Assembly (NCBI GenBank): GCA_963924565.1
Contig: OZ004613.1
Span: 23,126,001 to 23,190,000, forward strand
Origin: Ascidiella aspersa
Taxonomy: Eukaryota
Length of the DNA: 64,000 nt
Direction of reading: 5' to 3'
Position numbers and translations under genes: made by a program. A model generated the notes under the pieces. That model did not search any database. It worked only from the letters and a program-made list of their open reading frames with translations, and had not been told where the DNA came from. Positions 13,721-26,826 of this stretch are shown here, piece by piece. Within the stretch, counting starts at the first letter, position 1, and every line of letters begins with the position of its first letter.

Positions 13721-15221
13721 CGTAAGCTGTAATCGTTGGTCAAAACGCAGCTTCAGAAGGGCTAGATTTCAGTGGTTAACACACATATGTGTGTGCATGT
13801 TTCATGGAATACATCCAAACTATTTGTGAAAAGACATTTCATCATAACCAATGCTTTTCAAAGCAGAATTTAGGCGTGGGCGACGGCCGACGGGGCATTG
13901 GTATGTTCTCTCTAATTGCGCGTATTTTCTGTTGTGATATATTATCGGTTCGGTGCCTTTACAAACAGCATGTACATGTTAAACTTGCGTGCAAACTAAG
14001 TGCATTCTTGTGGTAAAAAACGCGACCGAAGATTTTCCATGTGCTTGGACCGTTACCAACGCAAGGTTACGCCCTTAATCATTCAGACAGTAAAACTTCG
14101 GTGGGTTACGATTGATTCCAGTCCTAAATCACTGTCGAGAGATCGTTAAAAAGTACGACCTATTTGATCTGGTTGTTTGCGGATTTGTTTAAACTTGCTT
14201 AAGCGCGTTGAGGCTTTGGGTCTTTAGATATGATGACATGCCAGAAACAATGCACAGACGCAAAAGATTAAGCCTTCTGAAACGCGCCTGGCGGATTTAA
14301 AATCGATTACGCTTGATGTGGTCTGTCCCAATCGTCACGTTAAAAAAAAAACTTGATCGGTAAACAAGCTTGAGCACTAACATATTTAGAAAACATAATT
14401 TAGGAATGATGCTTTACTATGTTTTATATACAAGTCCTATCTACACATTATTGAAATTTCCGTTTTAATATAGCTAACTTGTAAAACATTGTTGTAATCT
14501 ACGTGGAACCTAATTTGTTACACAGCAAATTACCACTCATTTAAAATAAGTTTACCAGCGTTTTAAAAAAAACGTTGAAATATGTCCATCCACAAAACGT
14601 GTAATATAAGCAAAGACTATCAAAGACAGGGGGTGCTGTGTAAGCCAAAGGTTTGCAGAGGACTTGTGTATTACTTTTGTGGGGTCACAGAACGTCTGTA
14701 TGCCTTAAACCTATAAAACGAGAATGCCCTCGTTTGCTCTAAACCATTTAAAGAAAACGGCATTGATTACCAATTAGTTGCGTCAATATTTAGAAAGCCT
14801 ATAATGCGTTTTTCTTCGATCACACAGTTGGCGCACTGAGCGCATTTCCCTTTGTTTCTTGATGCGTTGCCAAAGCAATGAAGCGCAACTCCTCAACCAG
14901 GAAAGGAGGAATTAGCTCTTTGGATTCAATACAAAAGCGCGTGTAATTTTTAATATGAATTGACTTTTGGTGGCTTATAAGCCTTTCCGTGCTGTCCTAT
15001 CGATTTTTAAAAGACGGAAGCGTCTGTCGCTCAAGCGCAGTTATGACAAATGACACGTATGCAGTCCATTGCTGTCTTGGCGATCTTTTTAAAGTCGCCA
15101 TGTCGATATACTCGAAGTTTCAGCGAGAAGCGCTATCTAATTGCCCTGCGCGACTTAATATTCATGAGGCTTACGTGTCCTGTCGCAAGCGTGAGAAATC
15201 GATAAACAGGAATGCGCTTAC

Positions 15222-15375
15222 CGTCACGTCTGAAACGGTGCATCTGACAGCGGCGACAGTAGCGCTGGCAGTACACCTGTCTTCGGTCCAAGGCCAAGCT
15301 CTCGTAGCCAGCTGTGAAAAGGTCGACGGTCAGTATGACCGCTAGGAGAAGCAGCATGCAGCGTTTGGAGTCCAT
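15222..15375 (-). CDS. Secreted cysteine-rich cationic peptide precursor, coding exon 1 (MDSKRCMLLLLAVILTVDLFTAGYESLALDRRQVYCQRYCRRCQMHRFRRD)
   Basis: A-rich context caaaaaATG, hydrophobic signal-like core, strong donor G|GTAAGC (phase 1), upstream acceptor tttttgttttcag at 15478-15490. Confidence 0.75.
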
Positions 15376-16569
15376 TTTTTGTCAGGTTTTCGCGCGTGAT
15401 TCACTTGTCCAACAGTGTAATGCGCTTTGCAAGGCTTTAGTTAGCTTTTACGTAAAAATATCACGGTTTACTTAAGACTGAAAACAAAAATCCAACAAGT
15501 TAATAAACAGTCGGCTATTACTATAAGATGAGTGATAGTATTAAAGCACTTTTTCCTTATATTACAATGCTAAGAGACTTAAAGATAAAAAAAATTGAAA
15601 CCAACCTACGTTAGTTTATATTTTAAACATTTCTGCCAGTGGTTCTTAACTTTATTTAGTGTCGCTACTCATAAGAAGTATTTCACGGATTTAAACATAG
15701 CCTATATTTAAAATTTGTGACGTTATAACCAGCAATTAAATAACAAAAAAGTACAAAATAATTTACTTCACATAAGCATAAACATAAAACATGTGGTATT
15801 TTATTTTGTTTTGTAGGTAAAATATAGCATTCGATATCGTTACCAAAATTTACCATCTAAAAAAATCAAACTACCCCATCGTGGGTAAATACCACGAACT
15901 ACTGATTTTTTTACAGTAATTATAGTGGCGCTTTAAGCCAGGGGTTAGCCAATGTAATTCATCCGGCCCGCCGCCATCCTCTCCCCGCCGCCAACTAGGC
16001 ACGAGTCAATTTTAAATACTTTTTGACTATTTTACCTCAGTTCAGGCAAAAAATTTTCGCGTCGCCGTGCGATTTGTTTACGATTTAATGCTCTCTTTTC
16101 AACTATAGATTACGCCGTGGAAGGCTGTCAAGTGTGTCGCGGACAAACGGAAAACGTATTTACAAATATTAGACATATTATATTTTTTAACATTTTTGTT
16201 ATTTTATTTTTATTTTCAGCAATGTAATAAAATATTGCAAGAATTTAAAATAAATGCCGGTATACCAAAATAAAATCGCGCCTTGCTCGCCAGTTCAGCC
16301 CTGGCCTAAAAGGGTTAACAACAATGATCTAGATTAAGTATTAATGTTAACGCGTTTTCTCAAAGTTTGATAACATTTTTCATTAGTAGTATGGCTGACG
16401 ACCTGAGGACTAGGATTTAAACCAAACAAACTCTTTTTTTCGCGCTTTGCGCTAACAGTTTATTGCCTCCTTAAATGTAATTAAACGCTTTTAGGTGCAA
16501 AAAAAGATGCGAGTCTGCCTGGTTCACAATAGTTCTAACATTTTTTAACACAATTCTTAGTTAACTTTT

Positions 16570-16637
16570 GTGCGTCCCGCACAGACCTTTCTGAGGTTGA
16601 TTTTGGCCCGCGACTGGAAAAAGGTTGCCGACCCCTG
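16570..16637 (-). mobile_element. Family B MITE terminal fragment
   Basis: Reverse complement CAGGGGTCGGCAACCTTTTTCCAGTCGCGGGCCAAAATCAACCTCAGAAAGGTCTG matches 33063 onward. Confidence 0.65.
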
Positions 16638-19600
16638 TTTTAAGCAGTAATTTCTTCAATCGATATAACTTAAACCCTTTCTTTATGTATTCCAAGCGCC
16701 ACTGTACGCTCAACAACATACTAAGCAACATATTTTGCAAACAGGCGCCAACTTTCTGCCCGTGAAGAGAGGGCAAGTGCACTTCAAGAAATAGATTTGA
16801 TTGACTTGCCCGTTGTCGGTTCTCTATTTGTCTGCACAACAAGATTTCCTTGACGAAATAAGCCTGGGTTTGTCAAGATCCCCGGCCGTCGGTGCGCCGC
16901 AATAGGGCCCTGCTTTCGACAGCCGAAGCACGTCGCTACAGCTTTGTTACTGCCGAAGACAAACGGGCGAAAAACTGGCTCACCCAAGAGCAAACACGCA
17001 AGCGTATATTTTGCCAGTTGGCATTTCCCTTGTTCGCCTGGCGAGCCGAGTTTTGGCGACTGTCCAAGGCGCCAAATTTGCAGTGTTCGATTTCTGCTCT
17101 AGCTTACTCACACACTTTACTTTAGTAAGTCCAATTATTTCCATAGATTTCCGTTAGCGGTTGGGTAGTTTAACAAGTAGGTTGCCCCTAAATCTAATTA
17201 TCCGACTCCCCTCATGAAAGAGTGAACAGAAATGATTTCCCGTCGTTAACCCTGCCATAACACAAGCGACATCAATTTCCCCCGCGGGAAATCGTAAACC
17301 GACCCAAACCGTTAAAATCCCGAAGCTTACCATCGGCCTCTTCTTCGCTTTCAAACAATCTGCGAACTGCATGCGCTCCCTAACGCGAAACAAACCTGTC
17401 AGTTTTCTAAGCTTTCGACGCCGTAATGCGAAAACAATTTCCAAAGCACCTCGTATGCTCCCGCGGATTAAACGTTACGAAATCTTCAGTCAGCGAAAAA
17501 CGAAGAAGTAACAGGCCGCGCCGCGACAAACACAGCAAAGCCGGGGCACCTGGACCTCAATGGGCACGCCGACTATTTCTCGAACACTTTCCCTCTACAT
17601 GCAGAAGCTCACGTACCGCTGAGCCATGCACAAACACGCGGCTTGTACGACAAGCTGCCAACATCGCCAATCTATCTGCGCGGGTGATATTGAGGCACCA
17701 GAGGTGACGCCGCCCCATCGCTTGCAGTTCAAATGCCTTGGCAAACAGAGAGAGGTCGCGCAAAGCGGGACCCGAAACTTTTTCTTCGCCCTTCGCGATC
17801 GTCAAAGCGTGAGCGCACTGAACTTGCCTCTTGACGAAATTGAAGGGCGGCAGAATAACCATTGATGTTTGTTTTCGATGTTGTTTCATGTTATTTGGCG
17901 CTAACCGATCCAACACGGAAATATATTTTAAGTTAGCTAATCTCAAATGCAAGAAACATTGTGGTTTAAAAACTTGACGCTGCCTCCAATTTTAAAGGCC
18001 GAATATAAAAGCCTCAGTTCCTTTTTTTACAAAGTTTCGAGATATTTTCTGCGAAACCCTGCGCTTTTGTACCTGAAAGGGCTAATTTTTCACTATTGAT
18101 AAAACTGACAGCGGGCTACCTTGAGGTTAAAAATATTTGCACTGTGCCCAATTTTAAAGTGTTCAATTTTCATCTTTCTAAAACGTAAGGAAAACGGTCT
18201 GATAATAATCGTCATAATCCTTCCTGGGTTTTCGAATGTGATGCACAAAGTAGAAGACTGCAGATAAAAATAACATTTCCCCCAAATAATGTTATAGGCC
18301 ACACAGTAGCCATCAAATTAGAAGACGCTTACCATGGCTGAAATGTTTCTCTAAATTCAGACAAGTGTAAAACAACTACATTCAACTTATTAATCACCGG
18401 TATCGTGCAACCTTATTTCTTGTAACGCCTGTAATTCAACCCTATCGTACATTTCTTATTGAAACTCGCCAATCTTTCCTAATCGCGCAATCGAATTTGA
18501 TTAACACGCATTCAATAAAGGTTAATTTCTGAATCGCCCTGCCGGAGCGTCGTAACTTGAAACTAAGTAAAATGTCAACTACAGCGCCAACTCAGTTAGA
18601 CAGACAGCCGACAAAAGGCTGCGGTTACACGGCAGGTTTTCCAGAAATCAGCTTCTCTGTATGCCACAAGAATCGATCTGCGAGTTAAACGCTGACGAGC
18701 CATCTGAAATGACTGGTGTCGCTTCTCATGGAGACGAACTGTTGGCATTCGCGCGCCCTGTAATTTATGGAGAATCGCTTGTGTTACAAAGCACGTCGAA
18801 GTGACGAGTGTGCGCTTGACTTGCTCACACGTGACCTCTGCTATTTGCACAAACCGTAAGAACACATATAGAGTAATGCGCCAAACTTCCATTGTAATAT
18901 TGTGCATTGTGTGCATGATTTCTGCTCAGAAATCACTTGTAGTGTTATACTTCGATTACAGTTCTGAGCTACAGGTTTATGCAAATTAGGCTTAGAAGAA
19001 CGTATAAAGTAAAATCTCCATCTCAGTAGTAGTTTTTTAACCTTTGTTATTCGTTCGTAAAAAACCTTACATTAAAAAGGTTCGTCGCTGTCTTGCATTT
19101 TTGTCAATGACAAATTGTAGGAAGATGTTGTGACTCAAATACCGAGAACTTCCTTACATCCTGATCTGATTTTTTGTCAAGTTGTCATTAACAAAGGGGG
19201 CCAAATTAGTTACATTAAAATTAGTTTTTAAACTAAGAAAATTTCCCACAGAATTTGTTTTGTGAACAAACGTGTAAACACGATAGCAATTTAACGCTTT
19301 TAAAGCCCTATTGGGTTAACATCACACTTGCGTCACCCTAATCGGAGACTTTGGACTTTCTTACTGACCGCAAAATGTACGACAAACCCCCACTGTTGCG
19401 TTATCACAAACATTAAACGACTCCAACAGATTTGTGCACGTTTTGTTAGATTTGGTTGAATGAAACGTTTTCTCATCCTTAAACCATCAAAAAAATTAAA
19501 GATTTAGTTTTTACTTCTGTTTTTCCAATATTAGCTGACAATCGTCTTCCATTTTACTTTGCCCCAAAGAACTAAGTCAACATTATAAAAGGATTGTAAT

Positions 19601-22600
19601 AACAGTGGCGCGATTTTAACTGCGGAAGTATATCATTTTAGTATCAGGCAGACGCACAGTTGTCGATTTTTCTCCTCTACAAACCTTAAAACAACATTTT
19701 TCGCAAACATAGACCATCAAAGGGATTAAAGCATTTCCGCCCTTTCCCTCTGTTTTACTCAATCGACTTGCATCCATCATAAACGAAGGATCTGGAATCA
19801 ATTTTAATCGGCATCGTTCCAAATAACCAATTAGAATTTTAGTGATCCGACCCGCACGCGTGCCTCCTTTTAACCTGCCAGTTTCCTACGAATTTGCCTG
19901 GAGCATAATCTGCTGGCTGAAAAAACCAGAGGCATTAGGTAGCCGCAATCTTCGTGTAGTCGGCACAAGCTCGTGTGTGTATTATCTATTATACATAGTC
20001 TACAAAAAAGGCTGGCGGTCACCTTTGCTTGATTGCAAGATTTTTATGACTTGACAAGTCGGCAACTCAGGGCGTTTGGAATTTTTCCGACCGCATTATT
20101 ATCGGTAACAACATTGGGTTCGTCTGTACTAACGCCAGCCCAATGTCACGTACCAGTAGACTGGCGAAGGTCACGTATCCATGTGGCGACTATACACGGA
20201 ACTCTTTCGTTTTATACCGGAGGTTCTATATTCGGCTTATTCACATCCTAAGGTCATTCCCGTTTCAGTGCCAGACCGTTTTACATAAAAAAAAAACGTC
20301 AATTTACATCAAGTGGGTTGAAAGGTTTGATTACCGCCGCTGCAAAACGTGTTTCAGATATTGCTCTTAATACGCAAATAAATTCTGTTCGAAAAGATAC
20401 ACACTGCTTTAAAAAGATTAATTTGGAGCAAATGTGTGCCAAGTACAAAACAAAGCATTGCTTTAAATCACCTAAAGCTAAAAATTCCTTGCTATATTAC
20501 TCTCGTAACCTCCAAAGTGATACCCGCTGTCAATACAGTGCCCAAACAAGGACGAAATTAACATGGCAATAATAAGAATTGTGTTGGTTGAATTTATTAT
20601 AAATTTAAACATTTTGGAGGTATAAGGTTAACTTTATACACGTTTATAAAATAGACATAAACTTAAAAAATCTCCTGGACACATAAGTCTTTTATAACAG
20701 TTTACAATTTCGACGTCGATCTTAACTATAATAAAACGTCTCTTCCCTTTACTTAAAAACGACTTTCCGCAACTTTATTTCTGCTAAACCTGTAAGGAGA
20801 AGTAACCGCAAAATTCGCTGTTGAGAATATCCTCGCGACTTTTAAGTTTAGCTTGCCGACCGCACTTTATACCGCCATTTCCTTAACGTTGCTAAATTAC
20901 AAAACCACAGATATTTGACATCGACGCGCCGAACGTCGCCTACATTTGCTCTTTAGACATTATCCCACTTCCACATGTCTGTTCTGTTGCGAAACGATGG
21001 CGAACCGCTTGAAACTACAAGTGTCACTTTTGAGATTTTGCGTCGTTTAATTTACGGCCTCTACGTACTATACTTTTGGCTTTAAACTGCAAAGGGTTTG
21101 CATTTAGCTTTTTTTTTGCACTATATAAATTGTGCCCAGAGAGGTGTTACAGTTTGCAAGACCACGTAAACTGCGCTTTGCTACCATTTTGATTGAAAAG
21201 TTGTCGTGGAAGCGATGTTACAAGGATCTGCTTAATTTAAATCAGCTTTGTGAGCATTTCTGGTCAAGGGATGGCAAACAACGTATCGTGGTAATTAGAA
21301 GAAAAACTTTCCCTGTTTCGAAGTAATCATTTAATGAGGCATTTTCGGAAACTCGATGCCACTAAAGGTTCCTTTCTTTGACTCACCCTCTGGAGCTATC
21401 CTCGAATGCCAATCTTAAATCCGGAGCGCTGCGGTGCGACAGCAAAACTTTTCGAGAGTTCGCAGCCCGTTGACGTAATGCGACAGTCTCGGTTGAATTT
21501 GACTTTGGTCGCTAAGTCTCGCCGCTTTTGATTCCACCGCTGAAAATAGATTTCTCTTTAGGCCTGGCTGCAATGTAAATCGGTAATTAGCGCTTTCGTC
21601 TGCCGAGACTACTCAAGACTGACTTGCTAGAGCAGTGGTTCTTAACCGTTGACGAGAGGTGCCCCCTTCCATATACACCTTTAACATAACACATACCTAA
21701 TCCCATCAAGGGAGGTGTCTAAAGTCAGAATGAACATCGCAAACTTTGGTGTTACTCGTTGATAAAATGAACATCATTTATGTTAAGCCTCGCCGAAGAC
21801 TGCAACGTGCCCCCACATGGAGTTGCTATAGTGACGCTTTCTCCCAAAAAAATACGACGTCTATTTGGTTTTTAAATAATAAAAAAAATCAACTCACTGT
21901 CAACTTTGCATTTTTTGATTTTAACTACCAAACAAGTTAGGTAACGGTAAAGATAGACTTCTGCGATTGTCCTACAAATCGCAAAATAAAAGAATATAGC
22001 TTTGCCACGCAAAGTATAAAGTTTTATATAGCGGCCGTCGTGGTGTAGGACACATCGCATAGCAGAAACGGTAACCTCATGAAGAGATCGACATTTAAGG
22101 TTGCTCCGTCGTGGTTTCAAGGGTTTTAAAAGCCGTAAAACCAGATAAAAATGTCAGCTTCATTAGAGTTTGCAAATGCCACCACCATGGAAAGGGAAAG
22201 ATACAGATCACCTCTCAACCAACGTTGTGCCAAACGCACGTTTCATGCCAAATTTGGCGAACAGATAAGCCTCAATTAACCCCTGACGAACCGGTGGCAT
22301 TTTATCCCTGTGCCGCCAACAGGTCGCGCAATTCAATGGCCGCGTAAGACATTTTTATTGAGCCTTTGGGGAAGGTATGGGCGGCCTTTCCGAGCCTTAA
22401 TTAAAATTCGCAGCGCGATCAGCACGCATATCGGTTAATTATACGGCGAGAGCTACGCCGTAAGCCGATAACTGTCGAACGCGTACTGGCAGCATAAGTC
22501 ATAATCAGCGCGATTTTGCGCATTATCGAATATATGCGGGCCAAAGTGGAGCAGGAGAAATACATTATTGCTCTCCACAATGCGGCCAAACCTGATTCGG

Positions 22601-25384
22601 AACAAAGTATTTGCGGCTCATACCGCAATAACGAAATAACGAGTGGGCGAAGGATAGTTGGTGACTCATGTGCTCCAAAAAGTCGAAAAATAGTTTAATT
22701 AACAGCTCATTAACAGATGAAAGTGCCCTGCAATTAATGCTAGTAAAATAATACGTCGATTGTAGTTTTTCGATCCTATTAATAAAATTATCTGCTAAAA
22801 TAAATTTAATATACACATAAGTCTATGTTGCTCCGCACGATGACTACCGTGAATTTTTCTTTAAACAAAAAAATGAGTTTTAGGATTGCTTACTTTTAGT
22901 TATCTTTATTCTATTTGCTTACGCCAATTTAAAAAAAGGCATTAAAGATAATTACTGAAACTCAGTAAAAATTAGCCTCCTTCGAATTAATAATTAGTGT
23001 TTACAAAATCTAAAGAAAAAAAACAGCATCTTTAACATGCTTTGCCGAACCCCTTTTTATATAAAAAAAAATATCTTTCTTCACTTGTGGCCTACTTTTT
23101 AAATAAAGGTATTCGAATCCAAAAGCACTTATCTCATTGACATTTAAGTTCTACATAAAGTAGAAAATTATTATTTTTGGTAAATCCACTAAGTCGGGTT
23201 ATAAGTGGAACAAGAGGTTTGCCGACTGCCTCTTTTTACGTATGGAAATTTTTACGAAATAAGATAGTAAACAAATTACACTTTTAAACATCCACAATAA
23301 ATATTTTTTGACTATTTTTAAAAAAGAGGGTGCCAATCTGTGGGTCGGTTGGGGGTCGACTAGATTTTAAAAAACTATACAGAAAGGGGGTCGCGACGAT
23401 AAAAAAAGTGGGAAACCACTGGATTTAAGAATAGGTAATCGTCGATTTGAACAAATAGTATTACTTGTTTTTTATCTAAAAAAATAAACTATCCCAAATG
23501 GAAGTACATTATTACCAACTAGCGCCATTATTCGACCACTTCTCGCTTTATGGCAACGCTTATACTTAGAAAATGTCGTTTTTGTGGTGTAATTCACTTT
23601 TAGTTCACGCTAACAAATCATTCAATAGTAAACCTATACTATACGACAACTATCATTCGGAATTAGGCGACCAACGCTTACAATATTTTCCCCATTCTTA
23701 TGGCTCGGTTTTCCATTTCGTTTTAGGTTGCGGTTTTTAACACATTTAGCAAAACCAAACTTTGCATTGATATAATAAGTGCTTTAGAAACATTTTTTTA
23801 ATTATACAGATGGTAAAGAAGTTGCTATGTGCCTGTGCTCGTTTATAGCTATAGTCAGTTTGAAAAAGCACAAACAAGTGAAACCAACAGATACAAGGGA
23901 TTGGAGATGAAAGGTACTTTCTTTTTCGTTCCGATACACATGCCCAATAATTTGGACAACAATTACAGTCGTCTCATGTAATATCAACCAGCTACACTTT
24001 CTATTTATTAATAACGTTAAACGTAGAATTTTTAAATGAACAACTCAAACCATCCTCGGGGTATTAAAAACGTAGAAAACGATTCGTACTAATGATATGG
24101 CGCACCTAAAACAATTTTTTTCTGATATGACACCGTCTATCTGAGTTCTTATTCCGCCAGCTCTTTAATAACTATAAACCTGCGTCTATGCGCAGGCGCA
24201 ATTCCTTTGAAGGATCAAAAGCTGGCACTATTGCTGTCTTTACACTGTCTCAGTCGATCCATTTAACGTTCTCAAACAAGGCACTTTACATTCCGCGGTA
24301 AACCACCAATTAAGCATTCTCCTGTAGTTTGCTGCTAAGTCGAAAACACTCCGGTCCGTTGGAGAGTGTCTTCGTTTATTTAGCGCCGACCGAGTCTACA
24401 CGTTAACGCGAAGATGCGTCATCTTAAACGGAGACAGGCGAGAAACGGTCGGCTCGCGCCGCGAATGTTGTTGCAATTATTTTATCTCACTCTTGCAGAG
24501 CGAAGCCTGACTTGCAAGGTGGGCCTGCGAGCTCTTACCGCGAGAAAGTTGGCACCTGCTGCCGCTGATTGCCGCTGATTGCATTCACTTTGGCCTGTGG
24601 CGTTCAACCTCGGACGAGTTGGCGAATTTGTTAGGTGATGGATTGCGCGTTGTTCATCAATTCTAAAGCGGGCATCGTTTGCTTGGCCAGTAATTAGGCC
24701 TTCAGTGGTTTACTGAGATCTGTCTACGCGGTTTTAATGGTGACTGTATATGTGTAAGTGGGCTCGGACATGGGAAAGGTGCCGGGGTCGATAAGGATGA
24801 AGTGCCTTCAAGACAGTAAAGCTGGATTGCTGATCAATAGGCGTTGACAAGCACGTTTTGGTTGCAGAAAGATGAGAAGCGCTGTTTACTTTCTGTCAAT
24901 TTTGACTCAGTTTGCAACTCGAGTAGTTTTTTCGGCTTTCTGGCATTTGTTTCGAACAGTTGTACAAATAACGAAAATTCCAAACACTTGAAAAGTCTTA
25001 TTTTTTGTTTGAATCATAAGAACTTTAGACGGCTTTGGATATAATTTGTTGCTGCTTTGAATTACCTAAATTATGTCACTTTACTACCTTGGTTATAGAA
25101 GTGGTGTTATAGATATTTTGTGTTCATTTTGGTCAAACTGACGTATTACTATGTAACTTACAGTTAATTTTTAAAACGGAAGTTTTTCCTAAATCCCAGT
25201 TAGTGACAAATTGACATCACAAATCTGTAAAAGTATAAATAATCAAACTTTACAACAAATATCCTACGTTATATTAGAAGTAAATGGGATCCAGTATTAT
25301 CTCCTGCAGCCAATTAAACCTGGAATCATAAAAACTGTTACACATTTGGTCTAACAGTCATGGTGCAGACATTGGCTTCCTCAG

Positions 25385-25511
25385 TAAGGCTGCGGAATCA
25401 GTTAAAAACTACCCGAGTCCGACTCCGGCCAAAAAATAAACTCGAGTCCGACTTCCAAGTCCGAGTCCGACATTTTAGGCCAATTACGTCAAGTCCCGGA
25501 TCCGGACCCTG
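25385..25511. repeat. Short MITE-like element with GAGTCCGA repeats
   Basis: Repeated CGAGTCCGAC units; ends AAGGCTGCGGA / TCCGGACCCTG. Confidence 0.45.
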
Positions 25512-25739
25512 CTCTATTGCCTATATTACACCCATACCTAGCGAAAATAAGATATGCAGCAATCCACTCACCTTGCACCCACATTTGGAAAAAAACTTAA
25601 CAGTATGCCATTCCCACTTAACAAATTACATTTACGGTCTAATCGATTGTAAGTTTCGTCGAGTCCCATCTGTAAGCATGCTGAAATTATCATTTAACGC
25701 CCACTGTTTCTAACAATCTTTGTATATGGCCGTGGAAAC

Positions 25740-26611
25740 TTTCTAAATCCAGATAGTTTCCATCCGAAACACATCTTCAGATCAATAGTCTACAGTCAAG
25801 CACTACGATACATCCGGATCTGTTCCGAAACCGAAGACAGAGCAGCACAACTAAAAAAGCTTGCATTGACGTTTGAGAATTTGAATTATAGAAAAAACTT
25901 AGTGCAAAGCCAGATCACCAAAGCCAGGATGAGCAACAGAGAAGACCTCCTGACGCCCACAACCAAAAAGGACAACAACCGGACCCCCATAGTTCTAACG
26001 TACAATCCGCGGCTCCAACACCTGAACCGCATAATCGCCGACCTGCAGCCAATACTGGATAACAATCCTAAAACCGCTTCGATATTTCCTTTAAAGCCAC
26101 TTATAAGTTATCGGCAACCGCGCAACATGCGCAACATAGTCGTCTCCAGCAAATTTAAAGACGAAAAGCAAAACTTTGGTACCCTGCCCTGCGGGAAAAG
26201 TCGTTGTGAACTGTGCTCACATATCAATAGAAGTCACATCATTGAAGGACCGAACGGCAGCAGCGTTGAAGTCGGCGGCAATTACAACTGCGATACCACC
26301 AATGCGGTTTACGCAATCACATGCGTAAAATGTCCCCGAACCATATACATTGGAGAAACTGGACAAACAATCAGAAAGCGCATGAATGGACATAAAAGTG
26401 ACATAAAGCATGGACATATGGAGAAACCGGTCGGCGAACATTTTAACCAAGGATCACACAGTGTAAAAGACCTTAGAGTTTCGGTGATCAAAAAAGTAAG
26501 TAACGGCACCCAAGCGAGGCTCACAGTCGAACAAAACATAATAAAAAAGTTCGATGCCATTAATGTGGGGCTCAATCGGATTTGGGCTTTATGTCACACT
26601 ACACCTCATAG
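25740..26611 (+). pseudogene. Truncated PLE ORF with a probable 1-nt deletion near 26578
   Basis: No RT catalytic core. Restoring one G gives GLNRDLGFMSHYTS*, a PLE-like C-terminus, in place of the hydrophobic read-through of ORF 25866..26900. Confidence 0.8.
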
Positions 26612-26786
26612 CAGGCTGTACTACACCCATCGTACCTTGAAGCGCAGGCATCGTAGCATAATTGTTTTTGCGTCAGTAACACGCTTTTGCGAGCATGTGC
26701 CTGTGGATATGTTAGACGTCACCATTCTTATCGCCTTTTACTTGCGCCTGTGCTTTTACGTGCATTTTAATTGTTTTCATTTATAC

Positions 26787-26826
26787 TTTGACCTGATGAA
26801 GCACGGTTGTGCGAAAGCTTGTCGAG
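26787..26826 (+). ncRNA. Minimal type I hammerhead ribozyme in the PLE pLTR
   Basis: TTTGAC-CTGATGA-A-GCAC(GGTT)GTGC-GAAA-GCTT-GTCGAG: intact core, 4-bp stem II, palindromic short stem III (AAGCTT), stem I TTGAC/GTCGA. Confidence 0.85.
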
